Source: a virus. From it: a stretch of 64,000 nt of DNA. The stretch spans positions 26,091-90,090 of the IMG/VR virus record IMGVR_UViG_3300048927_000308; one strand, 5' to 3'. Of the stretch, positions 29,644-39,456 are shown piece after piece. Within the stretch, counting starts at the first letter, position 1. Each line of letters opens with the position of its first letter. The notes beneath the pieces are model-generated. The model saw only the letters and a program-made list of their open reading frames with translations. It made no database searches and was not told the origin of the DNA. Both the position numbers and the translations under genes were made by a program.

Positions 29644-30643
29644 CAGCAACCTCCTCCTGACCTACCGGCGGCACCATATAGCGCCAGTGAGTTGCGTCTT
29701 TACACACTGTTTTGAAGAGCGAAGCGGGCACGAAGCGGTAGCGCATATCGTCATGGTTCGTTGGTGTGAACGCGCATACGCGCTTCTCGCTGGAGGGATC
29801 CGGCATCTTTTCGAAACGAGAGATCCAACTATCCGGAATTTCCGGAATGTTCACCGGCGGCAGCGTCATCGGCGGGACGGTGAATAGCGGAATATCCTTG
29901 CCGAAGCCGTGGGCATTTGGCCACAGATGCGCGTAGGAGTGCCCCTCAACCCCTTCCAGGCTCTCCAGCTCCTCCGTATCGGTATAGGCCACCGGATCGC
30001 TGTTAAGGGCCACAGAAAGCAGCATGCGAGCCATTACTGAGGATTCAAAGGTAACGTCGCTACCTATGTCCTCTTCTGCGATTTCACGCAGGCGCTCAAC
30101 GTCCATAGTCTCGCTTGCGAGGATCAGCGGCTTCGGTTCCGGGCTGGTGGCCAGTGCCAGCACCTCGTCAGCCCAATCGCGATCAAAACCTGGCATCGCC
30201 GGCAGCGTGGCTATCACTTCACTCGGCAGCGCGTCGATATATTCCAGCGCGGCGCGGGCAACGGCAGAAGTGTCGGGAACAGACTCGGTGTTCTCAGCCA
30301 CCAGCGCATACTGTAACGTCCTGCTGAGCTGCTCGCGCAGCTGCTGGCAACCAGCATACTTCACGGCTGTGTCACGCAGTTGGTTCACCAGCTCTCGGTA
30401 AACGTGCGGCTTCAGACTGATCCGCTGCTGCATGGCCTCCAGCTTTTTCAAGCGTTGCTTGGCGGCGCGGGCCTTGTCAGCCAGCTCCTCAATGACTGCT
30501 GCCACTGCCTCGTTAAACGTAGCCACAACATGTAGAGTGCCGTCGTTTTGCGGTTCGACGATGGTACCAACGGTACGCTCTGAATCGTCTTCTGCCTTTT
30601 CAATACCAATGACATAAGCCTCGGTTTGGATGAAGATTGTCAT
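29636..30643 (-). CDS. mosaic Eaa/Ead-like protein
   Basis: 335 aa modular; ends ATHWRYMVPP (DUF551-like). Confidence 0.65.
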   Translation of the reverse strand: MTIFIQTEAYVIGIEKAEDDSERTVGTIVEPQNDGTLHVVATFNEAVAAVIEELADKARAAKQRLKKLEAMQQRISLKPHVYRELVNQLRDTAVKYAGCQQLREQLSRTLQYALVAENTESVPDTSAVARAALEYIDALPSEVIATLPAMPGFDRDWADEVLALATSPEPKPLILASETMDVERLREIAEEDIGSDVTFESSVMARMLLSVALNSDPVAYTDTEELESLEGVEGHSYAHLWPNAHGFGKDIPLFTVPPMTLPPVNIPEIPDSWISRFEKMPDPSSEKRVCAFTPTNHDDMRYRFVPASLFKTVCKDATHWRYMVPPVGQEEVAGG

Positions 30644-31218
30644 TTCGCCTCCTGCTGCGGTACCAATGCAAAAATATCAACGCCTTTAGCCCAAATAGCC
30701 TTGATGGTTGTCCAACTGACAGGCACCTTAATTTCAATCTGTCCGCTGCCGTCACAGCTTTCGCAGTCCTCATCACCGAAGCACTCAGGGCAGGAGATAA
30801 TTTTCGTTTCTGAGAACTCGCCTGCAAGGCTGGCTTTGCCACCGTTTTCGGCGGAAAGAAACCTCGGAACAACAGCCCACCCCTCTGGCAACTTGTAAGG
30901 CTGTCTTACTGGTTCGAGTTGTTCGGAATTACCGAACAACTGACGCGGTGCGGTACGATTCACGATTTCCTCAGGCGCGGCGGGGCTCCATGTGCATTCA
31001 CACTCTACGGCCCCGAGCATCTGCCGACAGTGATAAGTGCCATAACCACCCGGCAACTGCACTACCGGCTCAGTCGTCAGCACTGCCAGTGCAATAGCAA
31101 ACAGCTCGTTATCCATCACCAGCCCATCAGCGTCCGGATCCCTGCTGATGCGGTATTTATTGATTGCCGTTACCTGGCTGATGCGGGCGATCAGCTGGTC
31201 TTTGGTGAATTTTTTCAT
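30640..31218 (-). CDS. Eaa-like protein with CxxC zinc finger
   Basis: FTKDQLI..IALAVLTTEP; CPECFG..CESCDG. Confidence 0.65.
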   Translation of the reverse strand: MKKFTKDQLIARISQVTAINKYRISRDPDADGLVMDNELFAIALAVLTTEPVVQLPGGYGTYHCRQMLGAVECECTWSPAAPEEIVNRTAPRQLFGNSEQLEPVRQPYKLPEGWAVVPRFLSAENGGKASLAGEFSETKIISCPECFGDEDCESCDGSGQIEIKVPVSWTTIKAIWAKGVDIFALVPQQEAK

Positions 31219-31221
31219 CGG

Positions 31222-31425
31222 TTAGTCCTCAACCTTGCTACCGCACAGCGGACAGTACGCGAATTTATTGGCGAAGCCAGGGTGCGGAACGGCGAAGCGC
31301 TTTGTCTTCTCGTTCCAGTCCACGATTACCTTGTCAAAGTCGGCTGCGGCAGCCTGCCATTCCCCAGCGAGAATAGGCTTTGTCCCGATCATGCCTACGG
31401 TGCAGTGCTCGCATTTATCAGTCAT
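31222..31425 (-). CDS. small zinc-finger protein
   Basis: MTDKCEHC..YCPLCG. Confidence 0.55.
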   Translation of the reverse strand: MTDKCEHCTVGMIGTKPILAGEWQAAAADFDKVIVDWNEKTKRFAVPHPGFANKFAYCPLCGSKVED

Positions 31426-31831
31426 TGCGGGCCTCTTGCAGCGTGCGCGTCTGGTAATCATCAAGCAGGATGCGGAAAGCGAGGAGCATCCCGCGCTCCG
31501 GCACCTCCTCGGCATAGAACGCATCCAATGCCTGCATCATCGCCTTCAGGCAAGGGTTTGCTTTAGGTGCCGGAGGGGCGGTGTAGAGAATGCGCGTTTC
31601 GACGTCAGGGCGTTTTGCGAATCCTTCATACTGCTCTTTGGTGCAGTCATCCCAAAGGTCACTATCTACGTAACGCTCGCGCCATTGGTATACAGGTCCA
31701 GCCGCTTGCGCAGCTAGCGCAATACGCGCCAGCCCCTCCGCTTCCTCTGCTGGCAGTACGACATTGCTACCTGGGCCGTATGTTTCGCTCCATGATTGGA
31801 TTTTCAGTAGCCGTTCTTTGGTAAACTCCAT
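31418..31831 (-). CDS. Eaa-like protein
   Basis: FTKERL..LARIALAA..LYTAPP. Confidence 0.65.
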   Translation of the reverse strand: MEFTKERLLKIQSWSETYGPGSNVVLPAEEAEGLARIALAAQAAGPVYQWRERYVDSDLWDDCTKEQYEGFAKRPDVETRILYTAPPAPKANPCLKAMMQALDAFYAEEVPERGMLLAFRILLDDYQTRTLQEARND

Positions 31832-31834
31832 TAT

Positions 31835-32065
31835 TTAAACCTCCCACACCTTTCCACAGGACAGGCATACCGCTTTTCCGTCGTCGCAATCCAAATTGAC
31901 ATGCCCGCACTTTGCAGGCTCTGCGGTTAGCGCTGCCAGCGCGATTTCAAACAGTGCTGAACACTGGTTTACATGGTTGCGGCCTTCGCCTGTTATCTTC
32001 GTGTGGCGGCAGAATGCAATCTGCTCTCGTGCCTTTGCGATTAACTGCTCTTTGGTGAATTGCAT
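31835..32065 (-). CDS. Eaa-like small protein
   Basis: FTKEQLI..LFEIALAALTAEP; C/H cluster. Confidence 0.6.
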   Translation of the reverse strand: MQFTKEQLIAKAREQIAFCRHTKITGEGRNHVNQCSALFEIALAALTAEPAKCGHVNLDCDDGKAVCLSCGKVWEV

Positions 32066-32337
32066 TAAAACCCCCTCTTGAAGCGCTGGGAATCGGCCAC
32101 GGTGATTTCTGTTTTCGATAGTGCCTGCCGTCCGGCTTCGGTCAATTCGACCTTATCTCGGACCGAATTAAGGTAAGCTGTCTTGATGAGCCCCTTTGAC
32201 TTAAGACGTCTGGCAACCGCTGTACAAAGAGTGTCGCTATCGTTCCACCAATAACGCTCAAATTTACCCCGCAACATCACTTTTCCTTCCTGGATTGCTC
32301 GTAGGGTGTTGGTCTGATGATCGCTTAACTTTGCCAT
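32065..32337 (-). CDS. wHTH-like hypothetical protein
   Basis: MAKLSDHQ..LTEAGRQAL. Confidence 0.55.
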   Translation of the reverse strand: MAKLSDHQTNTLRAIQEGKVMLRGKFERYWWNDSDTLCTAVARRLKSKGLIKTAYLNSVRDKVELTEAGRQALSKTEITVADSQRFKRGF

Positions 32338-32338
32338 A

Positions 32339-32719
32339 TCACCCCCCCCTGTTGGTGTACGCGCGGCTGGTATTAAGGTGCGCCGCCACCACATCGGCAT
32401 TCGCGCTGGCCAGCGTCTCGGAGCACTCATCACAGCCAAGATAGTAAAGCCCTGAAACCTCATTCAGTCGCAGCCTGCCATCCTGCACAGCTGTATTGCT
32501 AATTACCGTCGCATGCCACGTCATCGATTCACTGCCGCACTCTGGGCACGTTCTCATGTTGCAGAGTGCTGGCGGCGCGGTTAATGCAGTCAGTGTTGTT
32601 TTAGCCATCAATACCAATGCCTGGTTATCAGCAGGCATCTGCTCTACCGGGATCGCATACGCTTCATGCTGCGCAATAATCGCTTCGCAATATTGCTTCA
32701 GCTGCTGATTATTCATCAT
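32339..32719 (-). CDS. zinc-finger protein
   Basis: CPECGS..CDEC. Confidence 0.6.
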   Translation of the reverse strand: MMNNQQLKQYCEAIIAQHEAYAIPVEQMPADNQALVLMAKTTLTALTAPPALCNMRTCPECGSESMTWHATVISNTAVQDGRLRLNEVSGLYYLGCDECSETLASANADVVAAHLNTSRAYTNRGG

Positions 32720-33104
32720 GTCCTACCACCTTAAACCCGTTGTCTTTGAGAACCTTCGCTACCTGATCGGCATAATCAAACTGTGCCGGATGATTGATGC
32801 GCGGCAGCAGAATCGGTACCACCGGCGCGGGTGGGGAAAGAAAGAGCGGCAGCGACGCGCCTTTTTTCGGCTCTGTAGTAATCGTGGCGAAGCGAGTGTG
32901 GCCTTTGATAACGCGCTTTGCGGCTTCGCCATCAACATAGAACATTGGTGTGCCTGTAAGCGTGGCCAACGCAATCTCTGCCAGCTTCAAATCGCACTCA
33001 AGGGCTGGTCGGGCTGCTTTAAAAGCGACCTGAACTGCCGCCATTCGCAGAGCCTTAACGTTTTCACGAGCATGCTCAATAAGTTGCTCTTTTGCGATTG
33101 TCAT
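32709..33104 (-). CDS. Eaa-like protein
   Basis: IAKEQLI..LAEIALATLTGTP. Confidence 0.6.
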   Translation of the reverse strand: MTIAKEQLIEHARENVKALRMAAVQVAFKAARPALECDLKLAEIALATLTGTPMFYVDGEAAKRVIKGHTRFATITTEPKKGASLPLFLSPPAPVVPILLPRINHPAQFDYADQVAKVLKDNGFKVVGHDE

Positions 33105-33319
33105 TGGGCCGCCCCTTCAATGACGTCTTCTCCGCAATGCATCTGGCCATTGCGGTAGCTTGGGTGCTGAAGAGAGTAGATAAGGTAAGTGCTGCCAAAT
33201 GCGGTCCATTTGCCCTCAATATGAATCACTTTCCCACTCTGTTTTCTGTTCTGGCGATCGGTGTAATTAACCACCTCACCGACGTTGAATTTCGGCTGTA
33301 ACGCCTTGGCTTTGCTCAT
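33101..33319 (-). CDS. small SH3-like hypothetical protein
   Basis: PKFNVGEVV. Confidence 0.55.
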   Translation of the reverse strand: MSKAKALQPKFNVGEVVNYTDRQNRKQSGKVIHIEGKWTAFGSTYLIYSLQHPSYRNGQMHCGEDVIEGAAQ

Positions 33320-33627
33320 ATTGATGTGCTCCCGAAGATTTTGTGAATTTGATAGCCCTGCCAATTCTGGCGACATATTTCTGCTGCGTTGGGCTGATGT
33401 TGTTTTTCCCGAAGAGGCTTAATTCGCGTTTCACCACCAGCCTCCATAATGAACATAGGGTGGCGCGATCGGCCTACATTCCTCACTGCACCAACCGAAA
33501 CCAAATGCTCCAGCAGGCGATAGGCCTTTTTGCTGTCACAATTCAGTAAGCGGCTCACTTCCCGGGGGGTGATCTTTCCGTTGCATTGAATAGTCCGGAT
33601 AATTGTCCAAAGGTTATTACTTGCCAT
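33316..33627 (-). CDS. wHTH protein
   Basis: ITPREVSRLL..AYRLLEHL; CRQNWQGYQIH tail shared with 35842..36150. Confidence 0.6.
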   Translation of the reverse strand: MASNNLWTIIRTIQCNGKITPREVSRLLNCDSKKAYRLLEHLVSVGAVRNVGRSRHPMFIMEAGGETRIKPLREKQHQPNAAEICRQNWQGYQIHKIFGSTSI

Positions 33628-33829
33628 TGGCCCCTCCGCTGTTTATTGGCCTAATGCTCTCTAGCAACAAACGGCGGCGAAATTGAGGGGCACCCCAGCG
33701 TCTGCCGGTCCGTTTGTCGTAGGACTCGTTACGGCCGACCACCCAGGAGGAGCGCGTTTCATGGATTTTGAAACGTTTCTCACCTTCACTTGTGACTACA
33801 AGGCCGGTGTGGGTTTTTACAATGGACAT
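33617..33829 (-). CDS. hypothetical protein
   Basis: GGAG RBS; coupled. Confidence 0.6.
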   Translation of the reverse strand: MSIVKTHTGLVVTSEGEKRFKIHETRSSWVVGRNESYDKRTGRRWGAPQFRRRLLLESIRPINSGGANGK

Positions 33830-33839
33830 CTGGTTCTCC

Positions 33840-34184
33840 TTATTTCGCTACCACGCGCGCGCGGCGAAGTAATTTGTAACGTGCCCCGCAACTGGTGCAG
33901 GCGGCGGTCATCGCGCCGGAACGGGTCTGTTTGAGCAGTAGTGCGTTGCAATTGGGACATTCCACCTCGGCAACGCGCTGCGCCATCTGGCGATCAATCT
34001 CTTTGATACTCTCTGGGGTGCGCTTGCGGGGCTTGCTCGGCAGGGTGAGTCCCAGCGCGCGGGCAATCTTCCGGTATTCTTTGCCGATCCACTTCCCCCC
34101 GGGCTCCAGATGCAGGCCATCGCCGATCATGTCGCCCAGCTTCACGAGCTGGCTGTGCAGGTGCGCTTTATCGTCGTCGTTCAC
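33840..34184 (-). CDS. zinc-ribbon protein
   Basis: CPNC..CTSC. Confidence 0.6.
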   Translation of the reverse strand: MNDDDKAHLHSQLVKLGDMIGDGLHLEPGGKWIGKEYRKIARALGLTLPSKPRKRTPESIKEIDRQMAQRVAEVECPNCNALLLKQTRSGAMTAACTSCGARYKLLRRARVVAK

Positions 34185-34669
34185 TCTGCTGCCCCGTCTT
34201 TCACGTAGATAATCCAGTGGGTTTTGTCGGATTTGCCGGTGCGTTGACGGATAACCGGCTTTTCATCGGCCAGAACGATGATTTCTCGCATAGGGATCTG
34301 CGTTTCGTTCCACTTGAAGATCAGCACGCCATACGGGCGCAGCACACGGAATGCCTCGGCAAAACCCGCGCGGATGTCGTCGCGCCAGGTCTTTTTGTCG
34401 AGTACGCCATATTTCTGACGCATCCAGCCTTTTTCACCGGCACGCTCCAGGTGCGGGGGATCGAAGACGACAACCGGAAAGGTGTTGTCAGCAAATGGCA
34501 GATTACGGAAGTCGGCAATCAGGTCCGGGCGAATGACCAGCTGGCGGCCATCGCCCATCTGGATCTCTTCAGCGCGAATGTCACTGAAAACAGCGCGCTG
34601 GTCGGCCCTGTCGAACCAGAACATGCGAGATCCGCAGCAGACGTCGAGAATAGAGGCAGCGTCTGTCAT
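34181..34669 (-). CDS. small SAM-dependent (probable DNA) methyltransferase
   Basis: ILDVCCGSRMFW, FDPPH, LIFKW. Confidence 0.8.
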   Translation of the reverse strand: MTDAASILDVCCGSRMFWFDRADQRAVFSDIRAEEIQMGDGRQLVIRPDLIADFRNLPFADNTFPVVVFDPPHLERAGEKGWMRQKYGVLDKKTWRDDIRAGFAEAFRVLRPYGVLIFKWNETQIPMREIIVLADEKPVIRQRTGKSDKTHWIIYVKDGAAE

Positions 34670-34965
34670 AACCCACGCTCCGATCTGGTTCTGGCCACCT
34701 TTACAGCCTTCAGCCCGTCAGAGGTGATCATCACAGGATGCCAGGACGTCGCCTTGCCAGCTTTCGGCGGAGTAACAAAATCCACCAGCCCCAGGCGGTA
34801 CAGCACCGGGATGCTGGGCGCGTTAACCGGCCGATGTGAGCGCGGGCCATCCAGGCGTTGTTCGTCAGCCTTCAGGCCATCGCCGCGCATCAGGTAGCGC
34901 GTTCCACTGTTCAGGCGGCGCAGGGTGTAAACCTGCGAATCAGTCAAGGAAAGTGCTGTCTTCAT
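34666..34965 (-). CDS. hypothetical protein
   Basis: Coupled ORF. Confidence 0.55.
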   Translation of the reverse strand: MKTALSLTDSQVYTLRRLNSGTRYLMRGDGLKADEQRLDGPRSHRPVNAPSIPVLYRLGLVDFVTPPKAGKATSWHPVMITSDGLKAVKVARTRSERGL

Positions 34966-35357
34966 TTTTTGATTCCTTGCTCAACGTTTTTCAGGTCGTT
35001 TTCGGCAAAAAGAATTGATGTGCGAGCGGCGCGAAGCCGGGCTTTGGCGTTTTTCTCTTCGCGTTCCAGATTGGCTACGGAGGTGCGCAGCTCATCCGCG
35101 CGGTGGCGCAGCTGTTTGATCTCGGTGACGACGTGCCGCGCCTTATTGGCGCAATCCAGGATGTAATCGAACGGGTCCAGCTCCGATTTGCAGACGTCGC
35201 AATAAAAACTCCGCCGGGACTCGTCCACGAAGGTGCGCGGGTGCGGGCAGCGCTTTTGCTGATGCGTCTTTTCGTTTTCGACCTGCACGTTAAGAAGCTC
35301 TTCTTCGTTCGGCTCCGGACGCACCAGCTTGATGATTTTATTCTCGTCGTCGCTCAC
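34962..35357 (-). CDS. zinc finger + coiled-coil protein
   Basis: CPH..CDVC. Confidence 0.6.
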   Translation of the reverse strand: MSDDENKIIKLVRPEPNEEELLNVQVENEKTHQQKRCPHPRTFVDESRRSFYCDVCKSELDPFDYILDCANKARHVVTEIKQLRHRADELRTSVANLEREEKNAKARLRAARTSILFAENDLKNVEQGIKK

Positions 35358-35839
35358 AGCGTCACCTCTTCCGGAAGGGCGCAGCGGCGCACATATTTTT
35401 CAACGAGCGGGCCGACTTCATGCCCAATCGCGGCGCAGACTTCCTTCGCGATCTCGGTATAGCCCTGCTCTGGCAAAAACTCAGTTTCGGTCATCCCCTT
35501 TCCACGCAGCACCAGGCGCGCGATGTCGAACGCCGGGCGGGTCAGATGATCGGGCAGCTTAAAATAAAAGGCCTCGCCGGGGCGGCGGTCGGAAATGACC
35601 AAGCGCTCACGATCCACCAGCGCGTTGATACGGCGCAGCGACTGGCTCACGGACAGCGGCAGGTCCAGCACGTAGCCACGGGAAACAGAGCAGATCTGCG
35701 TTGCGGAACGGTGCCAATAATCGTCAGCGCCTGCCAGGCCGCGTAGGTTTCCGACATAGTGATGAGTTGCGGTATACGGCAGCTTTTTAACCGTCGCGTG
35801 CCAGACGGCCAAAAGGATTTCTTTATCGTTAATTTTCAA
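35354..35839 (-). CDS. hypothetical protein
   Basis: TTG start with GGAGG RBS (MKINDKEILL). Confidence 0.6.
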   Translation of the reverse strand: MKINDKEILLAVWHATVKKLPYTATHHYVGNLRGLAGADDYWHRSATQICSVSRGYVLDLPLSVSQSLRRINALVDRERLVISDRRPGEAFYFKLPDHLTRPAFDIARLVLRGKGMTETEFLPEQGYTEIAKEVCAAIGHEVGPLVEKYVRRCALPEEVTL

Positions 35840-35841
35840 AC

Positions 35842-36150
35842 TTATGCCCTCCGGCATGAGCTCAGCAACTGGTGGACGTGGTAGCCACGCCAGTTGCGTT
35901 TGCATAGTTCGAAAATCATATTGCCTGGACCGCGCGCGCTGGCATCGACGCATGTCCCAAAAAGCCCGTCGCTCAGCATTACTAGGCCATCCTTAATCTG
36001 GACGTGCCCTCTTCCCAGGCTGTAAGAGATAGCCCTGCCAATTTGCGCATTAGATAAGCCGGTGATGCTGGCGATTTCACGGCGGGTAAGCGGGCCGTGT
36101 TTTTCCAATACATCGTTAATGAGTTGGCGTGAGGAAATATTTTTGATCAT
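35842..36150 (-). CDS. wHTH protein
   Basis: GPLTRREIASITGLS. Confidence 0.65.
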   Translation of the reverse strand: MIKNISSRQLINDVLEKHGPLTRREIASITGLSNAQIGRAISYSLGRGHVQIKDGLVMLSDGLFGTCVDASARGPGNMIFELCKRNWRGYHVHQLLSSCRRA

Positions 36151-36308
36151 AGGGCGTCATCCCCCGACAGATCGCAGAGATAGCTTGCTGAGACATTCCC
36201 TAAGTGGCGAGACGCCTTCATATTGGCGTCCGGTTTGAAGCTGGTTACAGCGACAGTAAACATCCAGATGTAAAACGCTGTAACGGCCAACTTTAAAAAA
36301 GCATTCAT
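36147..36308 (-). CDS. 53-aa protein with hydrophobic N-terminus (not in ORF track)
   Basis: MNAFLKLAVTAFYIWMFTVAVTSF..; GGAG RBS; ATGA overlap. Confidence 0.55.
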   Translation of the reverse strand: MNAFLKLAVTAFYIWMFTVAVTSFKPDANMKASRHLGNVSASYLCDLSGDDAL

Positions 36309-36396
36309 ATTGGCTCCAATGATTGATTGGCTATTTCAACAGCCGCTGAAAGCGTGCGGCTTGGTGGTATTATTATCTTTTGGGACTTAAAAAACA

Positions 36397-36413
36397 ATAT
36401 TTATTAGAGCAAT
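36397..36413 (-). promoter_or_regulatory. C1 operator
   Basis: ATTGCTCTAATAAATAT. Confidence 0.8.
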
Positions 36414-36513
36414 TAAAAGGGTGACGTGCTTGCAAAACGCTATGGCGGCGTCCAAGGTCAAAAAAAAGCCGATGGGCAGAAACCCATCAGCATTGATTGT
36501 GACACTGTAACGG

Positions 36514-37776
36514 TTAACGAACGTAAATGGTCCCTCCGTTCTCTTTCTCCCATGCGTCAGTGCGCGCATAGCAAACGTCAAGCAGCGTTTTAGCAACTTC
36601 AGCAGATAGGTCATAGTTAGCCACCAGCTGTGCGTGACGCCGCGTGACCACATCGAACAGTGTATGAAGGCCTTTGCTGGCCAGGTCATCAACCAGCGCA
36701 TCGTCCAGCGGCAATTCCGCATCAACTAGCATTAATTCCTGAGCCCATTCAACACGGCGCACTAGCTCAGGTCGGCGGCTTTCCATCTCTTCGCAGATCA
36801 GCTCGTGGAAAAACTCAATCCATCCTTCAGGTTGGTATTCTTCAAACAGATCGATAGGCTGGAAATTGGGCATCAACCATTCGTTGATACGGATGTCCAG
36901 GGCGTAGCCCATGTCACAGCAGAACTGATAAGCAAAATCCAGTTTTGAGACAATATAAGGCCTCTCGCTGTTGAACTGCTTTGGCGCTGTTACTCCATAA
37001 GCGAGCAGGCGCGGATAGAAGGTTATCGGACCCAAGGTCGGGTGTTCTTTCTTTGAGGTGAAACGGCGCTGAGTTATGCCGTACATCTCTTTTTGTAGGT
37101 TGCCATATTTGGTTGTTTCTTCCGCCAGTCGTACCGTTTCGGTTTTCTGCTTGGCATAGGCTATGCGCGCTTCGCTGAGGTCTTTGATGTGCTTTTTGAT
37201 CTGCTGGTTAAGGTCTGCTACCTGTTTGCGCAGCTCCTGGCGTTCACGCTTAGCTTTGGCGTAACGTTTTTCAAGATTAACGGGATCAAGTTTCAACAGC
37301 TCTTTGTAGCTCTTGCTAAGGGTATTGACCTGCTGGTTACGCAGCTCCAGGAGCGTGGTAGTTTCGTTTAGCTTGTTCTCCATCTCCAGGCAGAACTGCT
37401 CTGCCTTTTCGGCGCGCTGTATTGCATCGTGAGTGGCTTCCTCAATATCATCCTGCTTCTGGCGATCGCGTTGGTCCATAAGCAGCTGAAGGTCTTCAAG
37501 CTCTTTCTCTTTCACGCCCAGCTTGATCTGCACATTTTCGTACATGTCCAAAAGCGAATTGTAATTATCAACTTCGCCGTTATGGGCATCTATTGCTTGC
37601 ACCATAAGCATTTCTGCGGACTGGACAGCGTTATCAAAGAAACGGATGGTCAGATCATCACAGGTTACTCGGCGTTGCGCCGCGCGGATATTCTGGATTA
37701 CGGCCGGGATACCGGCTTCGAGAATTTCAGGAATGGTTGTTGCAGTGATTGATTGGCTTTGTGCAGTAGCGGTCAT
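36514..37776 (-). CDS. pmgS: PmgS-like coiled-coil protein
   Basis: AGIPAVIQNIRAAQRRV; synteny. Confidence 0.8.
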   Translation of the reverse strand: MTATAQSQSITATTIPEILEAGIPAVIQNIRAAQRRVTCDDLTIRFFDNAVQSAEMLMVQAIDAHNGEVDNYNSLLDMYENVQIKLGVKEKELEDLQLLMDQRDRQKQDDIEEATHDAIQRAEKAEQFCLEMENKLNETTTLLELRNQQVNTLSKSYKELLKLDPVNLEKRYAKAKRERQELRKQVADLNQQIKKHIKDLSEARIAYAKQKTETVRLAEETTKYGNLQKEMYGITQRRFTSKKEHPTLGPITFYPRLLAYGVTAPKQFNSERPYIVSKLDFAYQFCCDMGYALDIRINEWLMPNFQPIDLFEEYQPEGWIEFFHELICEEMESRRPELVRRVEWAQELMLVDAELPLDDALVDDLASKGLHTLFDVVTRRHAQLVANYDLSAEVAKTLLDVCYARTDAWEKENGGTIYVR

Positions 37777-37778
37777 TT

Positions 37779-37997
37779 TTAGATTTCCGTTTTGGCTTCT
37801 TTTTCGGTCATTTTTCCAAGGTATGAAGGCGGCAGCATTACGCAATCGGTGTCCAGCCCTTCTCCCAGCGCCGCCTGTAAAATCCTTGCCGGCGTGAGTC
37901 GTTTGTTAGGGTAGCGAGTAATAACGCTCTTTATACCGCCTGTAGGCGGAACAAACGCCAACAACCAGTAGTGGTACTTCTTCTTGAACAGGCGCAT
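37779..37997 (-). CDS. pmgR: PmgR-like protein
   Basis: KYHYWLLAF..SYLGKMT; synteny. Confidence 0.7.
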   Translation of the reverse strand: MRLFKKKYHYWLLAFVPPTGGIKSVITRYPNKRLTPARILQAALGEGLDTDCVMLPPSYLGKMTEKEAKTEI

Positions 37998-38011
37998 ACG
38001 CCCTCCACTTT

Positions 38012-38077
38012 ATTGCTCTAATAAAAAACATGGCGATAATACACCATGCTTTAATAAAATGAAATTATTAGAACAAT
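38012..38077. promoter_or_regulatory. pair of oppositely oriented C1 operators
   Basis: ATTGCTCTAATAAAAAA (+, 38012-38028); ATTGTTCTAATAATTTC (-, 38061-38077). Confidence 0.7.
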
Positions 38078-38078
38078 T

Positions 38079-38792
38079 TTAATCGGATTCGCTTTCTGAA
38101 ATCGCGGGCAGCGCGTTGCGGGAGCCGGGAATCCAAGGTTCTGACACTTGGCGAGGGCGCGGGAGGCCGTGGAAAAAGACAATTCGGCAGTTGTCCGGTA
38201 GTTGTCCGTTCCCGCGCGAATAGCGTGAGCTTGCATACTTGCTGTTTGGCAAAACGATGTCTGCTTTGTAGCTTTTGAACCAGCCCGGGTAAAGGTCGTG
38301 GAATGTGGCAGTATCGTCCCCCATCACTTTCCGTAAAAAGCCCTGATCGCCCCAACATTCTGTAGTGATGCAGCGCGCAATCCAGCCTTTAGGATCCTGC
38401 CAGAAAGCGGACCAGATTTGCGATTTTACGTCATTGGGAATCCACATTGCCCCACTGCCCAAGTATTCGGGATGATAGAAGTCTTTTAGCATCGTAAATT
38501 TAAGGGGGGGATTGTCTAAAATTGGCGTAATATCGCCAGTAATGACTGTATCCAGGTCCAGATAAAACAGGTCGTCTTTTATGTCCGGGCGGAATAATTC
38601 AATTTTAGCCCACCACCCACGACAATTATTCCATTTGTGAATGAGCGGGATGCAAGTTACACCCGGGATCCTCATGTGCTTCATGTCTGTAAGGCAGAGA
38701 ATCTCGTAGTTTTTAGGCAGTTGATTCACCAGCCATTGGACGTCTGACGCGTTATAGTCACCGCCAGAGCGAAGAACGAGCGCAATTTTCAC
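38079..38792 (-). CDS. pmgQ: PmgQ; predicted GT-A glycosyltransferase
   Basis: CLTD, WWAKIELF, YLDLD (DxD), GDQGFL, VFFHGLPRP. Confidence 0.78.
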   Translation of the reverse strand: MKIALVLRSGGDYNASDVQWLVNQLPKNYEILCLTDMKHMRIPGVTCIPLIHKWNNCRGWWAKIELFRPDIKDDLFYLDLDTVITGDITPILDNPPLKFTMLKDFYHPEYLGSGAMWIPNDVKSQIWSAFWQDPKGWIARCITTECWGDQGFLRKVMGDDTATFHDLYPGWFKSYKADIVLPNSKYASSRYSRGNGQLPDNCRIVFFHGLPRPRQVSEPWIPGSRNALPAISESESD

Positions 38793-38796
38793 TGTG

Positions 38797-39456
38797 TTAA
38801 TCCTTCAGTTGCAAAAGGGTCAGGTTGCCGCAAAACACGGCCCCTGTGTCGATGTAGTGCTGATTCCAGCAGGTAAGCGGTGCGCGTGTCGGGGTGTGAC
38901 CAAACACGAAGCGATCAGCTCCCGCGATCGGGCCTCCAATATCATCTTGAGAATCAGCGATTCTGCCCCGGTTCCAAATGACGTCATGCAATGAAATCTC
39001 TTTGCCGAACTGATACTCATCCGAAGGATAATCAGCATGGGCAATGACGGTTTTTTCGTCACCGTAGTTAAGTTCTATGATGTAGGGCAATTGGCTTACC
39101 AGCTGCGCAAGCGCGCCCGCAAGCCGTTCTTTGTCATAATCAAGCTGGAAGAACCAATTACCTCCATTAGCTAACCAATGATCTACGTTACCGTTTTGGG
39201 ATAACGCATTGACCATCATATCCTCATGGTTTCCACGCACTGCCCTAAACCATGGCATCTGAAGTAATTCAAGACATTCAATATTTTCAGTGCCACGGTC
39301 TATTAGGTCGCCTACCGAAATCAACAGATCATCTGCCGGAGAAAAATCTACCTTGTCGAGGCTGTGCATAAGATTGGTATGGCATCCGTGGAGATCGCCA
39401 ACCGCCCATATTTTTCTGTAAAGACTGCCATCTATACGGTGATAGATAGGACTCAT
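38797..39456 (-). CDS. ppp: Ser/Thr protein phosphatase (NinI/PPP family)
   Basis: GDLHG, GDLIDRG, RGNHE, GHT. Confidence 0.93.
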   Translation of the reverse strand: MSPIYHRIDGSLYRKIWAVGDLHGCHTNLMHSLDKVDFSPADDLLISVGDLIDRGTENIECLELLQMPWFRAVRGNHEDMMVNALSQNGNVDHWLANGGNWFFQLDYDKERLAGALAQLVSQLPYIIELNYGDEKTVIAHADYPSDEYQFGKEISLHDVIWNRGRIADSQDDIGGPIAGADRFVFGHTPTRAPLTCWNQHYIDTGAVFCGNLTLLQLKD

